The notes under the pieces: generated by a model
Told to the model about the DNA's origin: nothing
The model's input: only the letters and a program-made list of their open reading frames with translations
The model's database searches: none
Program-made: the position numbers and the translations under genes
Part shown: one piece after another, positions 46,239 through 54,989 of the stretch
Position numbering within the stretch: position 1 is the stretch's first letter
Layout: each line of letters starts with the position of its first letter
DNA from: Rhodanobacteraceae bacterium
GTDB taxonomy: Bacteria > Pseudomonadota > Gammaproteobacteria > Xanthomonadales > Rhodanobacteraceae
Direction: 5' to 3'
NCBI GenBank assembly: GCA_035455825.1
Contig: DATIEJ010000171.1
Location: 1-56,727 of the forward strand
Length of the DNA: 56,727 bases

Positions 46239-47441
46239 ATGAAAACGGGATTGGCAGGGTCTCCACTGGCGGAGCCGCCGGACTTTTCGTTGATCCTCGG
46301 CGGGCCTCTGTATCAGCTGCTGCGGCGCGCGCACTTGTCCGGCGACGCGCTGGAATTGCTGACGCGGCGCGTGACCGTGCTGTCGCTGCTGACATGGGTG
46401 CCATTGCTGCTGCTTTCGGCTGCAGAAGGGCGCGCGTGGGGCGACAGCGTCAAGATCCCGTTCCTGTTCGACGTGGATGTGCATGCCCGCTTCCTGCTGG
46501 CGCTGCCTTTGTTCGTCGTCGCGGAAATCGTCGTCCACCAGCGCATGCGCCCGGTGGTCTCCGCGTTCTTGAAGCGCGGCCTGATTCCCGATGCAGGACG
46601 CGCGCAATTCGATGCTGCCATCGCTGGTGCGCTGCGCCTGCGTAACTCCATTGCGGCCGAATTGCTGCTCATCGCACTCGTCTACGGTGTCGGCGTACTC
46701 GTCGTCTGGCGGAACAGCGCTGCGATCGATGTGGCGACGTGGTACGCGGAAGCGGGGGGAGGGCGTTTGCAACCAACCTGGGCCGGCTGGTGGTTCGGTC
46801 TTGTCAGCCTGCCGATTTTCCAGTTCATCCTGTTTCGCTGGTATTTCCGGCTCGCGATCTGGGCGCGCTTTCTCTGGCAGGTTTCGCGGATCAATTTGCA
46901 GCTGATCCCCACGCATCCGGACCGCGCCGGGGGACTCGGTTTTCTTTCGGTCATCACGCAGGCGTTTGCGCCGCTGCTGGCCGGACAGGGCGTGCTGCTC
47001 GCCGGTGTGATAGCGAACAAGATCTTCCACGCCGGCGCGAAGCTGGTCGACTTCAAGATGGAGATCGTCGCGCTGGTTGGAGTGATGCTGTTTTTCGTCG
47101 TCGCGCCTCTGCTCGTCTTCGTTCCACTGATGGCGCGCGCCAAGCGCGCGGGTCTGAGCGATTACGGCGGTCTTGCCCAGCGCTACATGCGCGAGTTCGA
47201 CCACAAGTGGCTGCGCGGCGGTGCGCCGCCGGACGAAGCGCTGCTCGGCAGCGCGGACATCCAGTCGCTCGCGGACATGGGCAACAGTTTCGAAGTCCTG
47301 AAAGAGATGAAGCTGGTTCCGTTCGGCAAGGAAATGGTCATCCAGCTGGCCGTAATTTCGCTTCTGCCCGCGGCACCGCTGATCCTGACCGTGATTCCGC
47401 TGGCCGCCTTGCTCGACCGCTTCCTGCAAGTCGTCATGTAA
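46239..47441 (+). CDS. Hypothetical polytopic membrane protein
   Basis: FSLILGGPLYQL, PTHPDRAGGLGFL, LLGSADIQSLAD; many hydrophobic segments. Confidence 0.8.
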   Translation: MKTGLAGSPLAEPPDFSLILGGPLYQLLRRAHLSGDALELLTRRVTVLSLLTWVPLLLLSAAEGRAWGDSVKIPFLFDVDVHARFLLALPLFVVAEIVVHQRMRPVVSAFLKRGLIPDAGRAQFDAAIAGALRLRNSIAAELLLIALVYGVGVLVVWRNSAAIDVATWYAEAGGGRLQPTWAGWWFGLVSLPIFQFILFRWYFRLAIWARFLWQVSRINLQLIPTHPDRAGGLGFLSVITQAFAPLLAGQGVLLAGVIANKIFHAGAKLVDFKMEIVALVGVMLFFVVAPLLVFVPLMARAKRAGLSDYGGLAQRYMREFDHKWLRGGAPPDEALLGSADIQSLADMGNSFEVLKEMKLVPFGKEMVIQLAVISLLPAAPLILTVIPLAALLDRFLQVVM

Positions 47442-47528
47442 CCGGCGCGCGCAAGGCTGCACGCCCCACCGGAGGCGGGAAAAAGCGTACATTGACCGCC
47501 CGCGTCGGCGGAAAGGAAGGGCTCGAAC

Positions 47529-48089
47529 ATGGGCACTGCGCAACGTTTCCTGTGGATATTGCTGGCGTGGTTCGGCGCCGCCGGCATCGCCGGCGCGGCG
47601 AGCTACGAAGTCAACGGCGTGCATCTGGGTATGACCCAGGCCGAAGTGCAGGCGGTGTTCGGCGACAAGATCCAGTGTTCGGAGCGGACGCCGAGTGACA
47701 CCGATCCTGCCCAGGCGACTTGCGTGAGCGCGGCGTTTGCGCAGAAAAAAATCCTGTCCGACACGTTCGTCGGCCTGAAGACCGTGATCCGGTATCACGT
47801 TCTCGACGGGCACGTGGCGTGGATCAGTTTTCTCGGCCTTCCGTCGATGGCGTTCGACGATGTCGTGAAACGCATGGAGAAGACCTACGGCAAGGCCGAC
47901 GTTGCGAGCAAGGACATCAACATCGGCATCAAGTCGTCGGAAATGGTCAACAAGCGCGCGACCTGGCACAACGACGCCGGCGATGCGATCGTCTTTGACA
48001 AGTACACGCCCGGCAACCTCGATCGCTCCTACCTGAACTTCTACGGCAAAGACTGGCCGCAGAGCCTGCGACCCGCGCCGTTCGATTGA
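47529..48089 (+). CDS. Hypothetical secreted protein
   Basis: Signal peptide, YEVNGVHLGMT, Cys pair; GGAAGG RBS. Confidence 0.7.
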   Translation: MGTAQRFLWILLAWFGAAGIAGAASYEVNGVHLGMTQAEVQAVFGDKIQCSERTPSDTDPAQATCVSAAFAQKKILSDTFVGLKTVIRYHVLDGHVAWISFLGLPSMAFDDVVKRMEKTYGKADVASKDINIGIKSSEMVNKRATWHNDAGDAIVFDKYTPGNLDRSYLNFYGKDWPQSLRPAPFD

Positions 48090-48269
48090 GCGGCAGCGGA
48101 GCCGACTCCTCGCTGCGCGAGGCAAGCGCTGTAGGAGATGGCTGGCGAAAATCGCCTTGCGCGTTCAACCGCTTTCAGCCGAGGAAGAATTTCAAAGGCG
48201 AGCGCGCCCTCGACCGTCATCTGCTGCTGTTGCAACTCGGCTACGCGCTTCATCGACAGGAGGAAATCC

Positions 48270-49766
48270 ATGGAACAGGCGTCCAGCTTGGTTTTCGCTG
48301 CCGCGATGCAGGTCTGGCATCTCGTCCGGCGCCTGATCAAGCTCGCGATCACGGCGTTCGTGTCGATCGTGGTCGGCTTCACGCTCTATGCCGTGCTCGC
48401 ATTGCCCGATCTGAAGCCCTGGCATAGCGAACGCCTCGACGAAGAGTTCAACGCGCTGCGTGACGGGAATCTGGATTTCGACGGCTACCTGAAGCTCGAA
48501 GCGCGCCTGTTCGACGCGACGAGCGCAAAGATCGCGGCCTGGGATCATTCCGGCGAGTCCTACATCTACAGCCGTTTCAATCCGGACAGCAACGTCAGCC
48601 GGCTTGTCGAAGGCGCGCCGTTCAACCGTTCGTTTCGGTTGACCACGCCGGATCCGGCCGGTCACGCGCTGCTGGTGCATGGATTGAGCGATTCTCCGTA
48701 TTCGATGAAAGCGCTCGCCGAGGCGCTGCATGCGCGCGGCTTCGAGGTCACCGTGCTGCGCCTGCCCGGACACGGCACGCTGCCCTCCGCGATGACTCAG
48801 ATGAGCGCGGCCGACTGGACCGCGGCGGTGCGCATCGCCGCCCGCGACGTGGCGTCGCGCACGCCCTCCGGGCAGCCGTTCTATATCGGCGGCTATTCCA
48901 CCGGCGGCACGCTGGTCCTGCAGTACGCGCTCGACGCACTCGCGGACGCGTCGCTGCGCAAACCCGATCGCATCCTGCTCGTCTCGCCGGCAATCGAAGT
49001 TCCTGAAGTCGCGGTCGTCGCGAACGTGCTCGACATGCTCAGCATCGTGCCGTTGCCGGTGCTGCAGAAGGTGCGCTGGCAGGAGATCGGCGTCGAATAC
49101 GATCCGTACAAGTTCAATTCGTTTGCGATAAACGCGACGCGCCAGGTCAGCAGGTCGACGCGCGCACTGCAGGAATCCCTGGCGAGGGCAGTGGAATCCG
49201 GCCGCATCGAGCACATGCCGCCCGTGGTCACGTGGCAGTCCGTCGTCGATGCGACGGTCGGCGCGCAAGGCGTCGCCGACCTGCTCTACGCTCGCCTCAA
49301 CGGCGCCGCGCATCGACTCGTGATGTTCGACGTGAACCGGGCGGGCGCGGTTGGCAGTATTCAACGTCCGGGCGCTGGCGCGCTGATCGAACGGTTGTCG
49401 AAGGCGCCGCGCGGCTACACGCTCGACGTTGTCGCGAATACGAATACGCAGGGGCGCAGCGTCAGCGTTCGCCGCCTCGCGCCGGACGACAGCGTCAGCG
49501 TTCGCGATACAGGCCTGCAGTGGCCGGAAACACTGGTTTCCCTGAGCCACGTGGCGATGCCGTTTCCTCCCGACGATCCGGCCTATGGACTGAATCCCGG
49601 CAGCGGCCGCGATGGCATGCCGAGCATCGGCTCGTGGCTGTTCCGCGGCGAGAACGGCGCGGTCACGGTTTCCCTCGGCTCGCTTGTGCGCCCGCGCAGC
49701 AATCCGTTCTGGCAGCTGATCGACGAAGATGTTGCTGCGCTGGTCGAAGCCGATCGCGGAAAGTAG
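48270..49766 (+). CDS. Membrane-anchored alpha/beta hydrolase
   Basis: AGGAGG RBS; TM anchor; LVHGLSDSPY, LPGHG, nucleophile GYSTGG, SLSH. Confidence 0.87.
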   Translation: MEQASSLVFAAAMQVWHLVRRLIKLAITAFVSIVVGFTLYAVLALPDLKPWHSERLDEEFNALRDGNLDFDGYLKLEARLFDATSAKIAAWDHSGESYIYSRFNPDSNVSRLVEGAPFNRSFRLTTPDPAGHALLVHGLSDSPYSMKALAEALHARGFEVTVLRLPGHGTLPSAMTQMSAADWTAAVRIAARDVASRTPSGQPFYIGGYSTGGTLVLQYALDALADASLRKPDRILLVSPAIEVPEVAVVANVLDMLSIVPLPVLQKVRWQEIGVEYDPYKFNSFAINATRQVSRSTRALQESLARAVESGRIEHMPPVVTWQSVVDATVGAQGVADLLYARLNGAAHRLVMFDVNRAGAVGSIQRPGAGALIERLSKAPRGYTLDVVANTNTQGRSVSVRRLAPDDSVSVRDTGLQWPETLVSLSHVAMPFPPDDPAYGLNPGSGRDGMPSIGSWLFRGENGAVTVSLGSLVRPRSNPFWQLIDEDVAALVEADRGK

Positions 49767-49813
49767 CGTCGCCGCGAATCGTGCTTACCAGGCTTGCACT
49801 GCCTGATCACGCG

Positions 49814-50067
49814 CCCCTCACCCCGACCCTCTCCCCGCAAGCGGGGCGAGGGAGCTAGCGCGTCCAGTCGACTCGTCACTGTGATGCTGTTGTTGCTTCC
49901 CCTCTCCCCATCGAATGATGGGGAGAGGGTAGGGTGAGGGGCCGGGCTGTCCGACTGCAGGCGTGTCCATTCTTACCGGAAGCGAGCAGAGAACCCGCGC
50001 TTCCGTCGTCGTCGCTTGATCACGCACCCCTCACCCCAGCCCTCTCGGCGCTGGCGGGGATAGGGAG
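49814..50067. repeat. Cluster of three CCCCTCACCC..CCCTCTCCC..GGGAGAGGG REP-type elements (direct-inverted-direct)
   Basis: Copies at 49814-49853, 49899-49941 (inverted) and 50027-50067, between convergent genes. Confidence 0.85.
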
Positions 50068-50085
50068 TGAACTCGCACGTGCCTG

Positions 50086-51630
50086 TCAGAGTTGCGAATC
50101 CAGCGGCAGCCAGCTGAACATCCAGGCGATGAAGCGCTTGCTGCCGCTCGCCGGCGGCTCGTCGTGCAGGATTACCGGCTTGCCGTCGACCTCGTCGAGC
50201 CACACGATCTTGTTGTCCTGCAGTTCGAGCTTCCAGCTGTTTTTCAGCTGGGTCGCGAGTTCGTAGCGCGCGTGCACCTGGGCGGCGAACGCGGGATCGT
50301 CGATGATCACGCCGCATTCGGTGTTGATCCGCGCCGAACGCGGATCCATGTTGAACGATCCGACGAACGCGATGTGATCGTCGGTCACCAGCGATTTGGC
50401 ATGCAGGCTTGCCGTCGACTTGGTCGAATCTGCGCTCTTGCTGTGCGTTCCGAGCGACACGGGCTTGAGTTCGTGAATGTCGACTCCGGAGCGCAACAGG
50501 TCCAGCCGCCATTTGCTGTAGCCGCCATGCACCGAGGCAACGTCATTTGCGGCGAGCGAGTTGGTCAGCAGGTGCACGGCGACGCCGCGCTTCTCCATCG
50601 CCACCAGCTGGTCGGTGCCCGGACGCTTCGGCACGAAGTACGGCGAGATGATCACGGCCTCCTTCTGCGCGCCCTGCAGCAGGCCGGTGATCGTGTCGAG
50701 CATGACCTGCGGCGCGTTGTCTTCGCCTTTCGACTTGGTCGGATCATCCGTAACCAGCTTGACCTGCTTGCCACGCAGCATCGTGTCGAGGTGCAGCCCA
50801 ACCAGACCCTCGTCTCGCAGATTCAACAGGTGCTTGGCATAGGGCGTCGCGAGCGCCTGCTCCCTTTGAGCGTCCATCGCCGCGCGTTTCTTTGCCAGGT
50901 CCGCTTCGGGATCTTTCGGGTGAGCGAATGCCGAGATCGGCACCACGCTGTCGCTGTTCCAGAACTGATCGAACTGGGCGTCGGCGTCGGCAACCACGCG
51001 CCCCGCCATCAGCACGCCGAGATCGCCGAAATTGACCTCCTCGTGTGCGCCGAAGTACTCATCGCCGATGTTGCGGCCGCCGACGATCGCGAGCTGCGAG
51101 TCGGCAATCCACAATTTGTTGTGCATGCGATGATTGACGCGGCCGCCGCCGAAGATGAATTCCAGGCCGTTGCCGACGGTCGATCCGCGCGTGCGGAACG
51201 GGTTGAACACACGGATCTCGATCCGTTCGTGCGCATCGAGTATGGCCAGTTCCTCATCGTGCCCGCGGGCGGTCACGTCGTCGAGGATCACGCGCACGCG
51301 CACGCCGCGGTCGGCGGCGCGCAGCAGTTCGCGGCCGATCGCCCGGCCCGTGAGGTCGTCGTGCCACAGGTAGTACTGGGCATCGAGGCTGCGCCCGGCC
51401 TGCGCGATGGTGACCAGGCGTGCCGCAAATTCGTCTTCGCCGCTCCGGAACAAGCCATAAGCGGATTCGTCGGGTGCCAGAGCGAGTGACGCCGCTGCGT
51501 GATCGAGCTCGGTGCTGTCCCCGGGCGGCAGGAAACTCGACGGCGCGCCGCGCGGGAACGGAGCCGATGCGCAAGCGGCCAGTAGCAGCGCCGCCAGCGG
51601 GACGATCACACGAAAGCCGCGATGGGTCAT
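50086..51630 (-). CDS. Phospholipase D family lipoprotein (ClsC-like cardiolipin synthase)
   Basis: Lipobox LAAC; two HKD motifs (RMHNKLWIAD..GGRNIG; LHAKSLVTD..GSFNMDPRS). Confidence 0.9.
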   Translation of the reverse strand: MTHRGFRVIVPLAALLLAACASAPFPRGAPSSFLPPGDSTELDHAAASLALAPDESAYGLFRSGEDEFAARLVTIAQAGRSLDAQYYLWHDDLTGRAIGRELLRAADRGVRVRVILDDVTARGHDEELAILDAHERIEIRVFNPFRTRGSTVGNGLEFIFGGGRVNHRMHNKLWIADSQLAIVGGRNIGDEYFGAHEEVNFGDLGVLMAGRVVADADAQFDQFWNSDSVVPISAFAHPKDPEADLAKKRAAMDAQREQALATPYAKHLLNLRDEGLVGLHLDTMLRGKQVKLVTDDPTKSKGEDNAPQVMLDTITGLLQGAQKEAVIISPYFVPKRPGTDQLVAMEKRGVAVHLLTNSLAANDVASVHGGYSKWRLDLLRSGVDIHELKPVSLGTHSKSADSTKSTASLHAKSLVTDDHIAFVGSFNMDPRSARINTECGVIIDDPAFAAQVHARYELATQLKNSWKLELQDNKIVWLDEVDGKPVILHDEPPASGSKRFIAWMFSWLPLDSQL

Positions 51631-51685
51631 ACGCGAGGGCCCCCGGAAACTTGTGGGAGCCTATCACCATTTGGCCGCCCGTCCG

Positions 51686-51703
51686 GTAGGCCCAAGGTCC
51701 AAT
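51686..51703 (+). promoter_or_regulatory. Regulon box 6 (GTAGGCCCAAGGTCCAAT)
   Basis: Right half perfect; TACCTT 22 nt downstream on the + strand. Confidence 0.62.
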
Positions 51704-51892
51704 TACGCGCGGGTCCGTCATTCTTTACCTTGCCCGCCGTGGCGGTGTGCCACGCGTCAGTCGTTATTTCCGGCTCGAACATGCCGCTGGCAAGACAGTG
51801 CGCTGCGCGCTTCGATGCTTCGCCCACGGGACAGCCCGCAGTCTTGCGCAGCAGCGCGACAGGGGCAGGTCCATCAAATCGCTTCAGCTTCG

Positions 51893-51910
51893 ATGGGTCC
51901 AAGGTCCCAT
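51893..51910 (+). promoter_or_regulatory. Regulon box 7 (ATGGGTCCAAGGTCCCAT)
   Basis: Near-perfect palindrome; CACGAT 23 nt downstream; upstream of the decarboxylase. Confidence 0.75.
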
Positions 51911-52045
51911 TGCGGGCACGTGCGTCCGCAGATCACGATTCATCGAGATGCTGCCTAACGGCAGCGCCTTGCGTGACCGGATCAACGCCTCGGTCACGCA
52001 CTGACGATAGATACCGAAAGAATGCCGAATCCAGGAGTGAACAGC

Positions 52046-54865
52046 ATGGCGACTTCAACCAACACCAGCGCAAACGTGGACAACTTTTTTGCCAGTTCGG
52101 CGGCGCGGTTCGATCGCTGGCGCGAGTTGAATGCCAAGGCGCAGACCTGGGCAGCCGGGGCGCGCGGCGGCAACGCGCGCGGCGGGCGCGCCGCGGTGGA
52201 AGCGGCGCTGGCGCAGGTTCGCCCGCTCGAGGATTTCTTCGCCTATCCCGGGGCGCGGCTCATGAAGACCCTGGCCGAACGCATCGCGGCGGACGACGCG
52301 CTCGGCTCCGCGCGGCTCGTGCGGCGCATCAGCGGCGCGTTGCTGACCGACAGCTACCGCTACGAGAGCGGCCAGTGGGAGTCCTCGGACGACGAGAGCG
52401 ACGCCGCACCGGAGCTGCTGGGACAGACGTTCGAAGGCACCGCGGGGCGCCGGCCATACTTCGAAGCCCTGTTCGTCACGCCGGCGACGGCGGGCAGCGT
52501 GGCAAAGCTGGGCAATGAGATTCGCCGCCTGCGGCGCGTCGAAGACGCGATGATTTACGAGCCGGTGCTGGTCGGCAGCGTCGAGGATGCAATGCTGGCA
52601 ACCATCCTCAACGGGAAGATCCAGTCGGTCGTGATTTTCGACGGCATACCGGTGCCATCGCAGCACGACGTGCCGCTGCTGCGCGACTTGCTCACGACTT
52701 ACCAGCACCTCGACGCGAAAAGCGACGCTCCGCTCGAGATCGGCATCACCCTGGCGAAGATGATCAAGCGCGTCCGCCCCGAACTCGACATCTATCTGAT
52801 GTCCGACCGCAACGTCGAGAAGCTCGCGGGCGACCCGGCAGCTTCGATGATCCGGCGCGTGTTCTACGAAGTCGAAGAGATGATGGAAGTGCATCTCAAC
52901 ATTCTCGAGGGCGTCGCCGACCGTTATTCGACGCCGCATTTCGACAACCTCAAGCACTATGCCGCCCGGCCGATTGCCACGTTCCATGCCCTGCCGATCG
53001 CGCGCGGCAAGTCGATCATGAAGTCGAACTGGATTTCCGACATGGGCGAGTTCTACGGCCTGAACCTGTTCCTGGCCGAGACGTCCGCCACGACGGGCGG
53101 GCTCGACAGCATGCTCGAGCCGACCGGCAACATCAAAATCGCGCAGGAGAAATTCGCGCGCGCCGTCGGCGCGGACCACGTGTTCTTCGTCACCAACGGC
53201 ACGTCGACCTCGAACAAGATGGTCTACCAGGCAGTGACTGCGCCCGGCGATATCGTGATCGCCGACCGCAATTGCCATAAATCGCACCACTACGGAATGG
53301 TGCTGTCGGGCTCGCAGCCTCTGTACGTCGAGGCGTTCCCGATGACCGAGTATTCGATGTACGGCGCGGTGCCGCTGCGGACGATCAAGCAGGCGTTGCT
53401 GAATCTCAAGGCCGAAGGCCGGCTCGATCGCGTGAAGATGGTGACGCTGACAAACTGCACGTTCGACGGCCACGTCTACAACACGCGCCGGGTCATGCAG
53501 GAGTGCCTGGCGATCAAGCCGGACCTGCTGTTCCTGTGGGACGAGGCCTGGTTCGGTTTCGCGCGCTGGTCGCCGTTCCTGCGCCCGCGCACCGGCATCG
53601 GCGCGGCCGAATGGCTCGAAGAATGGCGCGCCAGCCCTGAAGCGCTCAAGGCCTATCAGGCCCAGGCCGCGGAACTCGGCGAGGACCTCGACCCGAAGGA
53701 CAAACGCCTGCTCGAAAGGCGCCTGGTTCCTGACCCGCGCAAGATCCGCATCCGCGTGTACGAGACCGACTCGGTGCACAAGTCGATGTCGTGCCTGCGC
53801 CAGGGTTCGATCGTCGCGGTCAAGGACGAAGACTACAACCACCACGTCTCGGCGTTCCGCGAGGCGGTGTTCATCCACGCCTCGACGTCGCCGAACGCGC
53901 AGATCATCGCCTCGATGGACGTCGCCCGCCGCCAGATGGAACTCGAAGGTTACGAACTGGTTCGCAAGGCGATCGAGATCGCGCTGGCGATTCGCAAGTC
54001 GGTGAACGAGCACCCGGTCATCTCGAAGTATTTCCGCGTGCTCGGATCGGACGGGATGATTCCGAAGGAATTCCGCAACTCCGGGTTCACCGATTTCCTG
54101 TCCGCCGGTACGAACTGGATGACGGCGTTGAAGGCCGTGGCCGACGATGAATTCTTCCTCGACCCCACGCGCATGACGCTCGTCTGCGGCACCGCCGGAT
54201 TCGACGGCACGTCGCTGAAGAACATGCTGGCGGCGAAGTACAACATCCAGCTCAACAAGACCTCGCGCAACAGCGTGCTGCTCCAGAGCAACATCAACAA
54301 CACGCGCAGCGACGTCGCGCTGCTGATCAAGGTGCTGCTCGAGATCTCGCAGGGTATCGAGGCACAACTCGCCGAGGGCGGCGAGAACGGGCGCGCAGCG
54401 TTCGCCGCGCGCGTGAAGAGCCTGATGACCGACGTTCCCGATCTGCCGAACTTCAGCCGCTTCCACGACGGTTACCGCGAAAATCCGAAGAGCGTCACGC
54501 TCGAAGGCGACATGCGCAGCGCGTTCTTCGCGGCCTACGAAGAGGACGACTGCGAATACGTGCCGCTGATGAGCCCGAAGATCGACGAGCGGCTGGCCAA
54601 GGGACCGCAACTGGTGTCGGCGAACTTCGTAATCCCGTATCCCCCGGGGTTCCCGATCATGGTCCCCGGCCAGGTGATCGAGGCCGACACGATCGGGTTC
54701 ATGCGCAAGCTCGACGTCAAGGAGATCCACGGCTACAACAACGCGCGCGGTCTCAAGTTGATCAAGCTCTCGGCGATCGGCAAGGCGCGCGCGGGTTCGG
54801 AGGCGAAGAAACCCCAGCCAGCACCGGCAAGCGCTGCGCCGGCCAGGAAGAAGGCGCATGCCTGA
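52046..54865 (+). CDS. Orn/Lys/Arg-family (group III) PLP-dependent decarboxylase with extended N-terminus
   Basis: FFVTNGTSTSNK, DRNCHKSHH, LTNCTFDG, WDEAWF, PLP lysine in DSVHKS, HASTSP, PYPPGFPIMVPG; AGGAG RBS. Confidence 0.9.
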   Translation: MATSTNTSANVDNFFASSAARFDRWRELNAKAQTWAAGARGGNARGGRAAVEAALAQVRPLEDFFAYPGARLMKTLAERIAADDALGSARLVRRISGALLTDSYRYESGQWESSDDESDAAPELLGQTFEGTAGRRPYFEALFVTPATAGSVAKLGNEIRRLRRVEDAMIYEPVLVGSVEDAMLATILNGKIQSVVIFDGIPVPSQHDVPLLRDLLTTYQHLDAKSDAPLEIGITLAKMIKRVRPELDIYLMSDRNVEKLAGDPAASMIRRVFYEVEEMMEVHLNILEGVADRYSTPHFDNLKHYAARPIATFHALPIARGKSIMKSNWISDMGEFYGLNLFLAETSATTGGLDSMLEPTGNIKIAQEKFARAVGADHVFFVTNGTSTSNKMVYQAVTAPGDIVIADRNCHKSHHYGMVLSGSQPLYVEAFPMTEYSMYGAVPLRTIKQALLNLKAEGRLDRVKMVTLTNCTFDGHVYNTRRVMQECLAIKPDLLFLWDEAWFGFARWSPFLRPRTGIGAAEWLEEWRASPEALKAYQAQAAELGEDLDPKDKRLLERRLVPDPRKIRIRVYETDSVHKSMSCLRQGSIVAVKDEDYNHHVSAFREAVFIHASTSPNAQIIASMDVARRQMELEGYELVRKAIEIALAIRKSVNEHPVISKYFRVLGSDGMIPKEFRNSGFTDFLSAGTNWMTALKAVADDEFFLDPTRMTLVCGTAGFDGTSLKNMLAAKYNIQLNKTSRNSVLLQSNINNTRSDVALLIKVLLEISQGIEAQLAEGGENGRAAFAARVKSLMTDVPDLPNFSRFHDGYRENPKSVTLEGDMRSAFFAAYEEDDCEYVPLMSPKIDERLAKGPQLVSANFVIPYPPGFPIMVPGQVIEADTIGFMRKLDVKEIHGYNNARGLKLIKLSAIGKARAGSEAKKPQPAPASAAPARKKAHA

Positions 54866-54989
54866 CCAGCACCCGGATGTGGAGAAAGAGAAGTTCCGTA
54901 ACTCGGCCTGGCCGCCGTACTGAGCGCATTCGAGCCATTGCCGATCGACGAACCCAAACAGCCGGCTCGACAGAGCCAAAGAGGACAAC

